A stretch of DNA of 64,000 bases, from assembly GCA_020053355.1 (NCBI GenBank), contig JAGVNI010000016.1, positions 31,694-95,693 of the forward strand. Direction: 5' to 3'. The notes beneath the pieces are model-generated. The model was not told the DNA's origin. It saw only the letters and a list, made by a program, of their open reading frames with translations, and made no database searches. Both the position numbers and the translations under genes were made by a program. The stretch comes from an archaeon (lineage in GTDB: Archaea; Micrarchaeota; Micrarchaeia; Anstonellales; Bilamarchaeaceae). Every line of letters starts with the position of its first letter. The first letter of the stretch is position 1. Below, in pieces: positions 9,410-18,089 of this stretch.

Positions 9410-10631
9410 TTATGAAGTCCGGGGTAAGAAAGTGCTGGTCCGTGCGGATTTCAACTGCCCGGTGAAAGACGGCAAGCTAATCGGGGATACGAGGATTCGG
9501 GCCCACGCATCGACTATCGGCGAACTCAGCGACCGGGGCGCGCGCGTCATCGTGCTGTCGCACCAGGGGCGCAGGGGCCGCGAGGACTTCATGAGCCTTG
9601 AAGAGCACAGCCGGCTGCTCCACCGCATCCTCAAGCGGGACGTAATCTACGTTGATGATGTCATCGGCGCCCGTGCGCGCCATGCGATAAGCGCCCTAAC
9701 GGACGGGCAGATACTCGTCCTCGACAACGTGCGCCACCTGAAATGCGAGACGGAGCATCCGGTTGGCGAGGGGGAGCTGATATTCCACATCGCGCCGCTG
9801 GCGGATTACTACGTGCTGGATGCATTGTCGGTGGCCCACAGGAAGCATTCCAGCGTTGTCGGGTTCGCAAAGCGCATCCCCTGCTTCGCAGGCGACATCC
9901 TCGCCGCGGAACTCGATGCCGTGGACAAGGTGAGGCACGGCACGGACGTCACATTCATATTCGGGGGTTCGAAAGTCGAGGATTCGTTCGCGGTCATGAA
10001 GAAATGGCTTGCCGACGGGCGGGCCAGGGAGGTCCTTGTCGGCGGTGCGCTCTCGGTCCTTTTCCTGCATGCAAGCGGCCGCCATGTCGGCGACTCGCTC
10101 GCATACCTCAAGGATTCGGGTCTGATGGCGAAAGTGCCGGAAGCCAAGGACCTGCTCGAGCGGTTCGACGGAAAAATCGTGCTCCCGGTGGATGTCGGCC
10201 TCTCTGTAGGGATGAAGCGGCAGGAAGCCGACGCCAAAGACATCAAGACCGGCCAGATATGGGATATCGGCGGCAAGACCATCGAACGCTACAAGGAGGC
10301 AATCAACAATTCCCATTACATCGTGATGAACGGCCCTGCCGGGGTGTACGAGCTTGAGGATTTCGCCCATGGCACGAAAGCGCTCCTGGAAACCGTTGCC
10401 AATTCCGACTCATTCTCGCTCCTTGGCGGCGGGCATACGGTATCGGCAATCGAGCGCTTCGGCATCGACAAGAAGAACTTCGGCTATGTGAGCCTTTCCG
10501 GAAAAGCGCTGATTGAATACATGTGCGGCGAAAGCCTCCCTGGCCTTGCAGCCCTTGAAGACAACGAGCTGCGCTTCCCGCTAAAGCATGACCGGCATGG
10601 GCGGGTCCGCGCCCAAGAAGCACCCTCATGA
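9393..10631 (+). CDS. pgk: Phosphoglycerate kinase
   Basis: VLVRADFNCP, SHQGR, GGSKVED, NGPAGVYE, GGGHT, SLSGKA. Confidence 0.95.
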   Translation: MRKIADYEVRGKKVLVRADFNCPVKDGKLIGDTRIRAHASTIGELSDRGARVIVLSHQGRRGREDFMSLEEHSRLLHRILKRDVIYVDDVIGARARHAISALTDGQILVLDNVRHLKCETEHPVGEGELIFHIAPLADYYVLDALSVAHRKHSSVVGFAKRIPCFAGDILAAELDAVDKVRHGTDVTFIFGGSKVEDSFAVMKKWLADGRAREVLVGGALSVLFLHASGRHVGDSLAYLKDSGLMAKVPEAKDLLERFDGKIVLPVDVGLSVGMKRQEADAKDIKTGQIWDIGGKTIERYKEAINNSHYIVMNGPAGVYELEDFAHGTKALLETVANSDSFSLLGGGHTVSAIERFGIDKKNFGYVSLSGKALIEYMCGESLPGLAALEDNELRFPLKHDRHGRVRAQEAPS

Positions 10632-10761
10632 AGGCGGGTAAGCCGCCCGCATCGATTGCCCCGCCACGCATCCGCCACACCGACACCGGCAGATTTTTAA
10701 ATATCCGAATGCGCAGTATTGACGGCAGCCGGCCGACCACGCGGTTGCAGAGGTGCAGACG

Positions 10762-11871
10762 ATGCCCCTTAACAATGACCTGCTCCACAAGATTCGGCGG
10801 AAGCATGGCGATGAGAAAATCATACTGTCACTGGAAGAAAAAGGTTTCTGCGTAGCCCAGCAGAAAGACGGAAGCACCCAGGAGATGGAGTCCAGGGATG
10901 TGCGGGATTTCCTCTCCCGCGCCGAGTCATGCTCCGTCGCCTGGGTCGACTATATCGTTGATGATTTTGCCGCCGAGAGCCCGGGAATCGCATCCGCGCT
11001 CGGTTTCAGCGACCAGCTCGTGTCCACGCTTCTCAAGAACAAGCGCTCCGGCTATGAAGACCTGGACACGGAGATGGGCGTCCTCATCCCCGCCATCATC
11101 GTGAACGGATTCGACGTCAAGGTCGAGTACCTCCTCCTGCTGCTCCGCGACGGGCTTGTCGCCACAATCCATACGACGGAAGTGAAGCGTTTCTTCAGGC
11201 TCAGGCGCTATGCGAAGATTTTCATGCGCAAGATAAAGCCTAACCTTCCCGGAAAAGACAAGGTGACGCACATCCTCGTCCGCATCATCGACGAGAACAA
11301 CGCAAGGAACTTCGATCATCTCCGGGAAATCGAGGAGAACTCCGACAAGCTGAGCGCCAAGCTTTCCGATGTCAAAACGCCCCGGGAAGAGATTGGGAAG
11401 GACATACACCTGATGAAGCACGCGCTTATCATGTACCTGAACGCCCTTTGGGAGACGGTCGACGTCCTGAACACGCTGCGCTACGGGGACCCGGAAATAC
11501 TGACCGACGACCCGAAGCTCCTCCTGCGCCTGAGCGGCCTGGTGGTGGAAGTCAACAACCAAATCGGCCTTGCCGAGCACATGAGCGAAGTGCTGGCGAG
11601 CGGCTTGGAAGTCATGCAGAGCATATACAACAACCAGCTGCAGATACTGAACAACAAGCTCGCGCTCCTGGTCGCCTATCTCACCGTGCTCGGAACAGCA
11701 TTCCTCGTTCCGAACACAATCGCGACAGCACTTGGCAGTTCGGCGTTCGCATTGACGCCGGCAGACCAGCCATGGTACCTTGCGCTCCTTGCCGGCTCGA
11801 CCGTGCTCGCGACCGTGGGGTCGTACCTGTGGGTATTGAAGATGGGCCTGCTTCCAAAGAAGGCCGACTGA
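10762..11871 (+). CDS. CorA-family divalent cation transporter
   Basis: WVDY, IATIH-like core, long helical region, two C-terminal TM helices; canonical GMN motif not evident. Confidence 0.8.
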   Translation: MPLNNDLLHKIRRKHGDEKIILSLEEKGFCVAQQKDGSTQEMESRDVRDFLSRAESCSVAWVDYIVDDFAAESPGIASALGFSDQLVSTLLKNKRSGYEDLDTEMGVLIPAIIVNGFDVKVEYLLLLLRDGLVATIHTTEVKRFFRLRRYAKIFMRKIKPNLPGKDKVTHILVRIIDENNARNFDHLREIEENSDKLSAKLSDVKTPREEIGKDIHLMKHALIMYLNALWETVDVLNTLRYGDPEILTDDPKLLLRLSGLVVEVNNQIGLAEHMSEVLASGLEVMQSIYNNQLQILNNKLALLVAYLTVLGTAFLVPNTIATALGSSAFALTPADQPWYLALLAGSTVLATVGSYLWVLKMGLLPKKAD

Positions 11872-11880
11872 TTTTTGGGG

Positions 11881-12288
11881 TTATTTCCCGTAGAGGTCCC
11901 TTATCCTCCCGAGTATCATGCCCTCAATCCCGTATTTCACGTCCTTGCCCGGGACTATCAGTAGCGCAGGCCAGCCAATGCCCTCTGCGAATGCGACGCG
12001 CGCCCTCCGATGGCCGTCCAGGAGAATCAGCTTCTTTTTCTTGACCAGGACGATTAGCGGGGTGGAATACCCTTCCCCGATTGCCGAATTTATCCTGCGC
12101 ATCTTCTCCAATGCCGTCGCTTCGGTCTCCTCGCCGCAATAAGTGTAGTACATTTCCCCCACTTCGCGGCGGGTCAGCGTCTTTTCCTGCTTCGCGAACT
12201 TGACGCCGGGATAGAGCTGCTGGTAATACCCGACCAGTTTCGCGAATATCCTTTTCTCCTCTTCCGGAGGGACGAGACCGAGAACCAA
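11881..12288 (-). CDS. Stand-alone ParB/sulfiredoxin-like N-terminal domain protein
   Basis: PLIVL...LLDGHRR motif; TTG start with GGTGA RBS. Confidence 0.75.
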   Translation of the reverse strand: MVLGLVPPEEEKRIFAKLVGYYQQLYPGVKFAKQEKTLTRREVGEMYYTYCGEETEATALEKMRRINSAIGEGYSTPLIVLVKKKKLILLDGHRRARVAFAEGIGWPALLIVPGKDVKYGIEGMILGRIRDLYGK

Positions 12289-12352
12289 ACCATCACCCGA
12301 AAACGCTTAAGGGCTGCAATGTTTTAATCCCTTCCAGATACTCATTTACCCG

Positions 12353-13624
12353 ATGTCGCTTCTCATAAAGGATGCCACCATAGTCACGCAGGATGCCGCA
12401 CGGCGAATCGTCCGGGGCAGCATTCTCATAGACGGCGGCGCAATCATGCAGGTCGGCGAGGTCCGGGGGGGCGCAGATGCCGTGATTGAGGCCCATGGCA
12501 AAATCGCGATGCCCGGCCTGGTGAACATGCACACTCACGTCGGGATGACCGTCCTCCGGGGTTACGGGGAAGGCCTTCCGCTGCAACGATGGCTTGATGA
12601 AAAAATATGGCCTGCCGAGGCGCGGCAGACGGCGGAGGATGCGGCAGCCGGCGCGCGCCTGGCGTTCTGCGAGATGATCCGGGGCGGCACGACAACGTTT
12701 GCCGAGATGTGCATCCACCCTGTTGACGGCGTTTTCAAGGCCGCAGCAGACGCCGGGATGCGGGGGCGCATCGGGCGCGGCCTCATGGATTTCAACCATC
12801 CGGAATGGATTCCTAAAATCATGAAGGAGGTCGAGGCATCGCTCCAGCTTGGCGGCGGGGGCCTCCTGCCGTTTGTCGGCGCGCACGCCCCGTACACCTG
12901 CTCCGAAGAGCTGCTCATGAAAGCAAAGGAGCTCGCAAGGCGCAATGACCTCCCGTTCCAGATGCATGTCGCGGAGACCAGGAAGGAGGTCTTCGATGTG
13001 CTTAAGGCGCGCGGCAAATACCCATTTGAGTATCTTGACTCCATCGGCCTCATGGACCGCTCATCGATATTCGCGCACGGCAACTGGCTGACCAAAAGGG
13101 AGATGGGGATTGCAGGCCGCGCAGGAATCACCGTTGCCGCATGCCCCATCAGCGGCCTGAAGCTGGCGGTCGGGGGCATATCCCAGCTGGCCGAACTCGA
13201 CGCGCTCGGAGCGAACGTCACGCTCGGGACCGACGGGGCCGCAAGCAACAATTCCCTCGACATGTTCCAGACCATGAAGATGGCGGCCCTCCTCCAAAGC
13301 CACCATTACTGGAAGGCGGACGCGCTCCCTGCTCAGAAGGCGCTGGACTTCTCCACCATTAACGGCGCAAAGGCCCTGGGTTTCAACACCGGCTCGATTG
13401 AGCCGGGGAAGGGAGCGGATATCATCATCCTCGAGCGGGGGCCGAACCTGCGCCCTGAGCATGATTTGATTGCGAACCTTGTGTACAGCGCGGGCCCCCA
13501 GAACGTCTCGGACGCGGTCATCGGGGGGAAAATCGTCATGCAGGGCCGGCGCATCCTGACCATCGACGAGGCCGCAGCGATGAAAGAGGCAGAAGACGCC
13601 GCAAAAAGCATCGCCGGAAGTTAA
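12353..13624 (+). CDS. Amidohydrolase, MTA/SAH/5'-deoxyadenosine deaminase-like
   Basis: PGLVNMHTH, HAPYTCS, MHVAET, LGTDGAASNN. Confidence 0.88.
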   Translation: MSLLIKDATIVTQDAARRIVRGSILIDGGAIMQVGEVRGGADAVIEAHGKIAMPGLVNMHTHVGMTVLRGYGEGLPLQRWLDEKIWPAEARQTAEDAAAGARLAFCEMIRGGTTTFAEMCIHPVDGVFKAAADAGMRGRIGRGLMDFNHPEWIPKIMKEVEASLQLGGGGLLPFVGAHAPYTCSEELLMKAKELARRNDLPFQMHVAETRKEVFDVLKARGKYPFEYLDSIGLMDRSSIFAHGNWLTKREMGIAGRAGITVAACPISGLKLAVGGISQLAELDALGANVTLGTDGAASNNSLDMFQTMKMAALLQSHHYWKADALPAQKALDFSTINGAKALGFNTGSIEPGKGADIIILERGPNLRPEHDLIANLVYSAGPQNVSDAVIGGKIVMQGRRILTIDEAAAMKEAEDAAKSIAGS

Positions 13625-13722
13625 TCCTGCCCATTCCTAACCTCCCGCCATAACAGCGCACCCCGGAGCCGGCTTCCGTTTAACGTCTGTGCTCCGACGT
13701 GCCATCTCCGTGGGGCAGACCG

Positions 13723-13734
13723 TAAAATATATAA
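13723..13734 (+). promoter_or_regulatory. Candidate TATA box upstream of tfb
   Basis: taaaatatataa in the intergenic region ~70 nt upstream of the tfb ATG. Confidence 0.45.
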
Positions 13735-13800
13735 ATGCCCATGTTCATAAAAATTCTGCAAATTCTTAAAAACCTATGCTTGATTTGTGGAGGCTTTTTA

Positions 13801-14715
13801 ATGGGAGCAACAGCGACAAAATGTCCAGAATGCAAGAGCAAGCGCGTCGTGCGCGATTATGAGAGGGGGGAGCTTCTATGCTCGAGCTGCGGCCTAATCA
13901 TCGCGGAGAACATCCACGATATGGGCCCGGAGTGGCGCGCTTTCGACGCGGAGCAGAAGGAGAAGAAGGCCCGCGGCGGCGCTCCGATAAAATACATGAG
14001 GCCTAATAAGGGCCTTGTCACCGAGATAGACCAGTATAACCGGGATATCCGCGGGGGCAAGATAAGCCCGAAGAAGCAGGCCCAGCTGTACCGCATGAGG
14101 AAGTGGCACAAGAGGGTTTCCATCGCAACGTCCATGGAGAGGAACCTCGTCATCGCCCTTGCCGAATTGGACCGCGTGGCATCGTCCCTCGGGCTTCCGG
14201 AAAACATCAAGGAGAGCGCAGCGCTGCTTTACCGCAGGGCTGTCAAGGAAGAGCTCATCCGCGGAAGGCTGATTGAGAGCGTGGTCGCGGCCGTGATATA
14301 CGCAATCTGCAGGCTCCAAGGCATCCCGAGGACCCTGGATGAGATTTCGCGCGCATCAGGGATAGAGAAGAAGGAAATCGGGCGCGCATACCGCTTCCTG
14401 AAGACCGAACTGAAGGTCGACGTCCCGCTGACAGACCCGGCGCAGTACGTGCCGAAGTTCGCAACCGCCCTCAAACTGGGCGGCGAAGTGCAGGAGGAGG
14501 CCGTGAAGCTCATCCGCAAGGCGCTCCGAAAGGGCCTGATTTCAGGCCGGGGCCCGACCGGCGTCGCCGCAGCCGCGCTTTATATCGCGAGTGCCATGCA
14601 CGGCGAGAAGAAGACGCAGAAGGAGGTCGCGGATGTAGCCGGCGTGACGGAAGTCACGATAAGGAACCGCTACCGCGAGCTGAAAAAGGAGCTGGGCCTT
14701 AAAGTCAACCTTTAA
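13801..14715 (+). CDS. tfb: Transcription initiation factor IIB (TFB)
   Basis: CPEC...GELLCSSCG zinc ribbon, GPEWRAF B-reader, two cyclin repeats, VTEVTIRNRY. Confidence 0.98.
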   Translation: MGATATKCPECKSKRVVRDYERGELLCSSCGLIIAENIHDMGPEWRAFDAEQKEKKARGGAPIKYMRPNKGLVTEIDQYNRDIRGGKISPKKQAQLYRMRKWHKRVSIATSMERNLVIALAELDRVASSLGLPENIKESAALLYRRAVKEELIRGRLIESVVAAVIYAICRLQGIPRTLDEISRASGIEKKEIGRAYRFLKTELKVDVPLTDPAQYVPKFATALKLGGEVQEEAVKLIRKALRKGLISGRGPTGVAAAALYIASAMHGEKKTQKEVADVAGVTEVTIRNRYRELKKELGLKVNL

Positions 14716-14751
14716 TATCCCTTTTTATTCTTTTTTAACCACTTTTTTATC

Positions 14752-15207
14752 ATGTCTCTAATACAATCCAAAAAGGACCGGTATTCTGCCGGAATTGATT
14801 TTTTCCAAGAACTCCAATTAATCGCCAATAGCTATCCCATGGGGGTTCCTGCCAGGGTGCTTGCATCCTGCTTCAAATCAGCAGAATTGCGGATGGAGGA
14901 CGCCGACGGCCCTTCGCATCCCGGTTCCGCCTACGAGCGGAAAAAACTGATATGCGCATTCACTGCGGACTCGCAAATCCCGCCCGATACCGTCTCCGAA
15001 GCCGCATTGCTTGCCTGGGGAAGGCAATGCTGCCTCAAGCTTGGCCTCAAGGGATTCGTTACCCCCAAGCCGCTCGCAGAAAGCATCCGTCCCGATGATG
15101 CCGGCCAGATGTTCGTTTCGCAAATTAAGCGTGCCATGCAAGCTGGCGATGCCCATCCTGAAGGCGGAATCGAAATCAACTCGCCAGGCAGCGAGGCCCG
15201 GAACTGA
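14752..15207 (+). CDS. Hypothetical protein
   Basis: 151-aa ORF following a T-rich tract; no recognised motif. Confidence 0.45.
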   Translation: MSLIQSKKDRYSAGIDFFQELQLIANSYPMGVPARVLASCFKSAELRMEDADGPSHPGSAYERKKLICAFTADSQIPPDTVSEAALLAWGRQCCLKLGLKGFVTPKPLAESIRPDDAGQMFVSQIKRAMQAGDAHPEGGIEINSPGSEARN

Positions 15208-15218
15208 GCCTGAATTTT

Positions 15219-15282
15219 TGATCAGATGTGATGTTTTCCTCATCGGACTTGCGTCCTCGGCCTGTCAAACTATCATCATTTC
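15219..15282 (-). ncRNA. C/D-box guide sRNA (minus strand)
   Basis: ATGATGA (C, 15279-15273) - guide tagtttgacagg - CCGA (D') - ggac GCAA gtcc hairpin - GATGA (C') - guide ggaaaacatcacat - CTGA (D, 15225-15222). Confidence 0.85.
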
Positions 15283-15303
15283 AGCCTGAATTAGGCGGGG
15301 AGG

Positions 15304-15313
15304 AGATTAAAAG
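15304..15313. promoter_or_regulatory. Candidate shared bidirectional TATA element for the two sRNAs
   Basis: attaaaa (15306-15312) lies ~25 nt from both C boxes and reads ttttaat on the minus strand. Confidence 0.5.
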
Positions 15314-15332
15314 GATTGGCGCAGATTGCCAT

Positions 15333-15397
15333 CCAATGATGAGAATGCAATACCTTTGAGCCCGCAAGGGCGATGAAATAGATCTTGAGTCCTGATT
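15333..15397 (+). ncRNA. C/D-box guide sRNA (plus strand)
   Basis: ATGATGA (C, 15336-15342) - guide gaatgcaatacct - TTGA (D') - gccc GCAA gggc hairpin - GATGA (C') - guide aatagatcttgagtc - CTGA (D, 15392-15395). Confidence 0.87.
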
Positions 15398-15461
15398 TAT
15401 ATGGCTCAGCGGAACCGCGAGCAGGCACTGCCTGCGGCCGGGTTCTGAAAAAGAAATCCCC

Positions 15462-15555
15462 GCCCTCCGGTATTGGACGGCTCTGCTATAATCCGCGTCT
15501 CCAAGATGCGGGTTGCGGGTGGGGGGAATTAGGCAGGCCTTATCCGCCGGAGGGC
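15462..15555. other. Long GC-rich hairpin element of unknown function
   Basis: Closing stem gccctccgg/ccggagggc with apical stem atccgcgtct...gatgcgggt. Confidence 0.5.
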
Positions 15556-15557
15556 AT

Positions 15558-15581
15558 TAAATAAAAAGAAAAAAAAGAAAA
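15558..15581 (-). terminator. Oligo-T terminator of the DUF5667 gene
   Basis: A-rich run on the plus strand (oligo-T on minus) immediately after the stop at 15588. Confidence 0.6.
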
Positions 15582-15587
15582 GACGGC

Positions 15588-16493
15588 TCAATCCTCTGTC
15601 TCGTTCTCCTCTGTTTCGTTTTCGCCGTCGTTCTCTTCTTCATCCTGTCCCTGGCCGCCTTTGCCATTTCCTTTTCCGGTGACGTTCGTTCCGGCATCTT
15701 CAGGTTTGCCGGTCTCCTTGGTCTTGTTCACCTGACCCTGGCCGTGGCCGGTTGCGGTTTCGTTGTCAGTTTCGCTCCCGTCCCCATCGTCGGTCTCATT
15801 TTCAGTTTCATTTCCGGCCATTGTCTGGTTCCCTTTCTGCTCCTTCTCCTGCTGCTTGGTCTCTATCTTCTCGACGTGCCTTTCGTAGTTGCTTATCGAG
15901 TTGTTCAGGGCGCGGAGCAGGCCGTCCTTCGCTGCTTCCGGGGCTTTCTCATAAACCCTCTGCAGCACGATTATGCTGTTGCGGGTGTCGTTCTGCACCT
16001 GCTCGACCTCAGTCTCGTTCGCGCTGCCGTCCGCTACCGCGGATTCGAGGTCTGTTTGGGCATCTTCGAGCTCATCGGTCTGTTCGTCGGCGAGCTTTTC
16101 CACTTCGGTAAGGGTGGAGTTGGCCCCAGCCTCATCCCCTTCAGCTGCAAGCCTCTGCGCCTTTCCTGAGAGGACGTGGGCTTCCATCGCCCTCATCAGC
16201 CCGTATTTGGCGTGCTTCTTCGCGCTCTCGCTCTTGTCGAACGTGAAGAATTTGTCCATATTCTCGAAGAACCTCTTGAACCCGTAATTCCAGTCGCCGG
16301 GCAATGCGCCGACTTCGCTTTCATTCACCGCGACATCGGTCCCATCCGTTGAATCGTCTAGGCTGGCGGCCGATGCGTTCCCGCCAGCTTCCACCGCAGC
16401 TGTCCCGTTCCCGTCGGCTTCCGCAGATTCTAGCGCGAAAGCGGGCATTGACAGAAGCCCGATGGCAAGCAACAATATTGCAAATTTGTTCAT
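15588..16493 (-). CDS. Secreted DUF5667-domain protein with acidic low-complexity tail
   Basis: Signal peptide; LPGDWNYGFKRFFE resembles the DUF5667 LP..xYxxKRxxE motif; many NET/NES sequons. Confidence 0.7.
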   Translation of the reverse strand: MNKFAILLLAIGLLSMPAFALESAEADGNGTAAVEAGGNASAASLDDSTDGTDVAVNESEVGALPGDWNYGFKRFFENMDKFFTFDKSESAKKHAKYGLMRAMEAHVLSGKAQRLAAEGDEAGANSTLTEVEKLADEQTDELEDAQTDLESAVADGSANETEVEQVQNDTRNSIIVLQRVYEKAPEAAKDGLLRALNNSISNYERHVEKIETKQQEKEQKGNQTMAGNETENETDDGDGSETDNETATGHGQGQVNKTKETGKPEDAGTNVTGKGNGKGGQGQDEEENDGENETEENETED

Positions 16494-16597
16494 ATTTCAT
16501 TCCTCCAACCCCGGCAAGAAGCCGGAGGCCGAACCAATAAAAACATGAACGGCATTTATATGATTCTCGGAATATCCGCGAACGGATGTGAACGGAT

Positions 16598-17464
16598 ATG
16601 AACAAAGCGCTGATAACCGCCCTTTTGATGCTGACTGCCAGCTTCGCCACATACACGTATACTGTTGATGTGGACCGCTCGGGCGCAGCCTCGGTAACGC
16701 TTTCACTCGAAGGCGGCGACACGGTGAATGTCAGCCTGCCCATCGATGCAACGAATTTCAGGGTTGTCGGCGGCTCATATAAGACGGCCGATGGCGGCGT
16801 TGTCGTATCCGCCGGCTCCAGCGGCCTGGCCACCTTCTCGTATTCCACGTCCCAATTCACTACAAAGACGGATTCCGGCTGGAAGCTCTCGTTTTCCCCA
16901 CCTGAAGGCGCATACGTTCGCATCTACGCCCCGCCTTACTCAGCCATCGGGAACTCATTCCCCCAGCCGGATAGCGTGTCATCCGACGGCTTCCGCCTCA
17001 TAATAGAGAATTCCCCCGCGAAGCAGGTGACTGTCTATTACAGCCTCGAAGAGCCGCCCCAGGCCGGGGAGCAGTCCGACCTGGCCCTTCCTGCAATCGC
17101 GCTCCTTGCGGCACTTGCGCTGGCAGGCGCCTACCTTCTTCGCAGGAAACCGCAGGCCGCAGCCCCGCAGCCCCAAGCTTCGAAGGCAGCTGTCCCACCT
17201 GCGGAACATGCCCCCAGCCTCGAGATGACCCCCGGGAAGCGGGGGATGATGGAGACGTTCAACGAAAACGACCTTTCCATAATAAATTTCCTTCTTGGCT
17301 GCGGAGGGAAATCCAGGCGGAACGAACTGGAGCGTAAGACCGGCATCTCAAAATCGAGCCTGGCAATGGCTATTAACCGCCTCGAAAAGAGGAAGATGCT
17401 GGAAATCGACCGCACCTCGACAACGCATTTCGTAAGGCTGTCCGATTATTTCCTGAGGCTCTGA
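16598..17464 (+). CDS. Membrane-anchored winged-HTH protein (COG2512-like)
   Basis: Signal peptide, beta-rich external domain, TM helix, C-terminal ENDLSIINFL...RNELERKTGISKSSL...RLEKR. Confidence 0.8.
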   Translation: MNKALITALLMLTASFATYTYTVDVDRSGAASVTLSLEGGDTVNVSLPIDATNFRVVGGSYKTADGGVVVSAGSSGLATFSYSTSQFTTKTDSGWKLSFSPPEGAYVRIYAPPYSAIGNSFPQPDSVSSDGFRLIIENSPAKQVTVYYSLEEPPQAGEQSDLALPAIALLAALALAGAYLLRRKPQAAAPQPQASKAAVPPAEHAPSLEMTPGKRGMMETFNENDLSIINFLLGCGGKSRRNELERKTGISKSSLAMAINRLEKRKMLEIDRTSTTHFVRLSDYFLRL

Positions 17465-17551
17465 GCGCGCGGACCATTTATCCCTGCAATCAGGTATCCG
17501 CACACCCCCCGCGAGGAAACCTTATTATATCCAAAAAACCGCGCTCCGCCC

Positions 17552-18067
17552 ATGAACCGGGGGATGATTTTCGGGATTGGCATGGTCGCCGGCGCGATGC
17601 TTTTTTTCATCCTCCAGCCCCTGCTGATGGCCCCGCAAATCACGACGGTCTTCTCTCCCGATGACGGCGCCAAGGTCATCGGCCTAATCGACAATGCCAA
17701 AGAGACCATCGACATCGAAATCTACGTCTTCACATCGCGCGATGTCGTCGAAGCGCTCGAGAGGGCCAAATCGCGGGGTGTGCAAACCCGCATCATCATA
17801 GAGCGGAACGTCATCAGCGACGATAACGACGCCATATTCCGCGAACTCGCATCCAAGGGTTTCAACATCCGCTACGCGAGTTGCGCATACAAGCTGACGC
17901 ATGCCAAATTCATCATCGTTGACGGCGAGGCGGTCCTGGTCGGCTCCCACAACCTGAGCAACTCGGCCCTTTACAAGAACCGCGAGGCGTCGGTGATAAT
18001 CCGTGATTCGGCGGCGGTCCATGACTTCATGGATGCATTCGCAACTGACTGGGCGCTCGCATCATGA
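17552..18067 (+). CDS. Membrane-anchored PLD-family (Nuc-like) nuclease/phospholipase
   Basis: N-terminal TM helix, VFSP, single HxK(x4)D motif HAKFIIVD..GSHN...NRE. Confidence 0.85.
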   Translation: MNRGMIFGIGMVAGAMLFFILQPLLMAPQITTVFSPDDGAKVIGLIDNAKETIDIEIYVFTSRDVVEALERAKSRGVQTRIIIERNVISDDNDAIFRELASKGFNIRYASCAYKLTHAKFIIVDGEAVLVGSHNLSNSALYKNREASVIIRDSAAVHDFMDAFATDWALAS

Positions 18068-18089
18068 TTCGGGCGAACAGGAGGCGTTT

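Noticed and set aside
11881-12288. ParAB partition system or plasmid origin
   Set aside because: Only a ParB-N-like domain; no ParA, HTH or parS-like repeats.
15290-15560. RNase P RNA, SRP RNA or 5S rRNA
   Set aside because: Conserved signatures (GAGGAAAGUCC; SRP helix-8 GGAA/AGCA motif) were not found on either strand.
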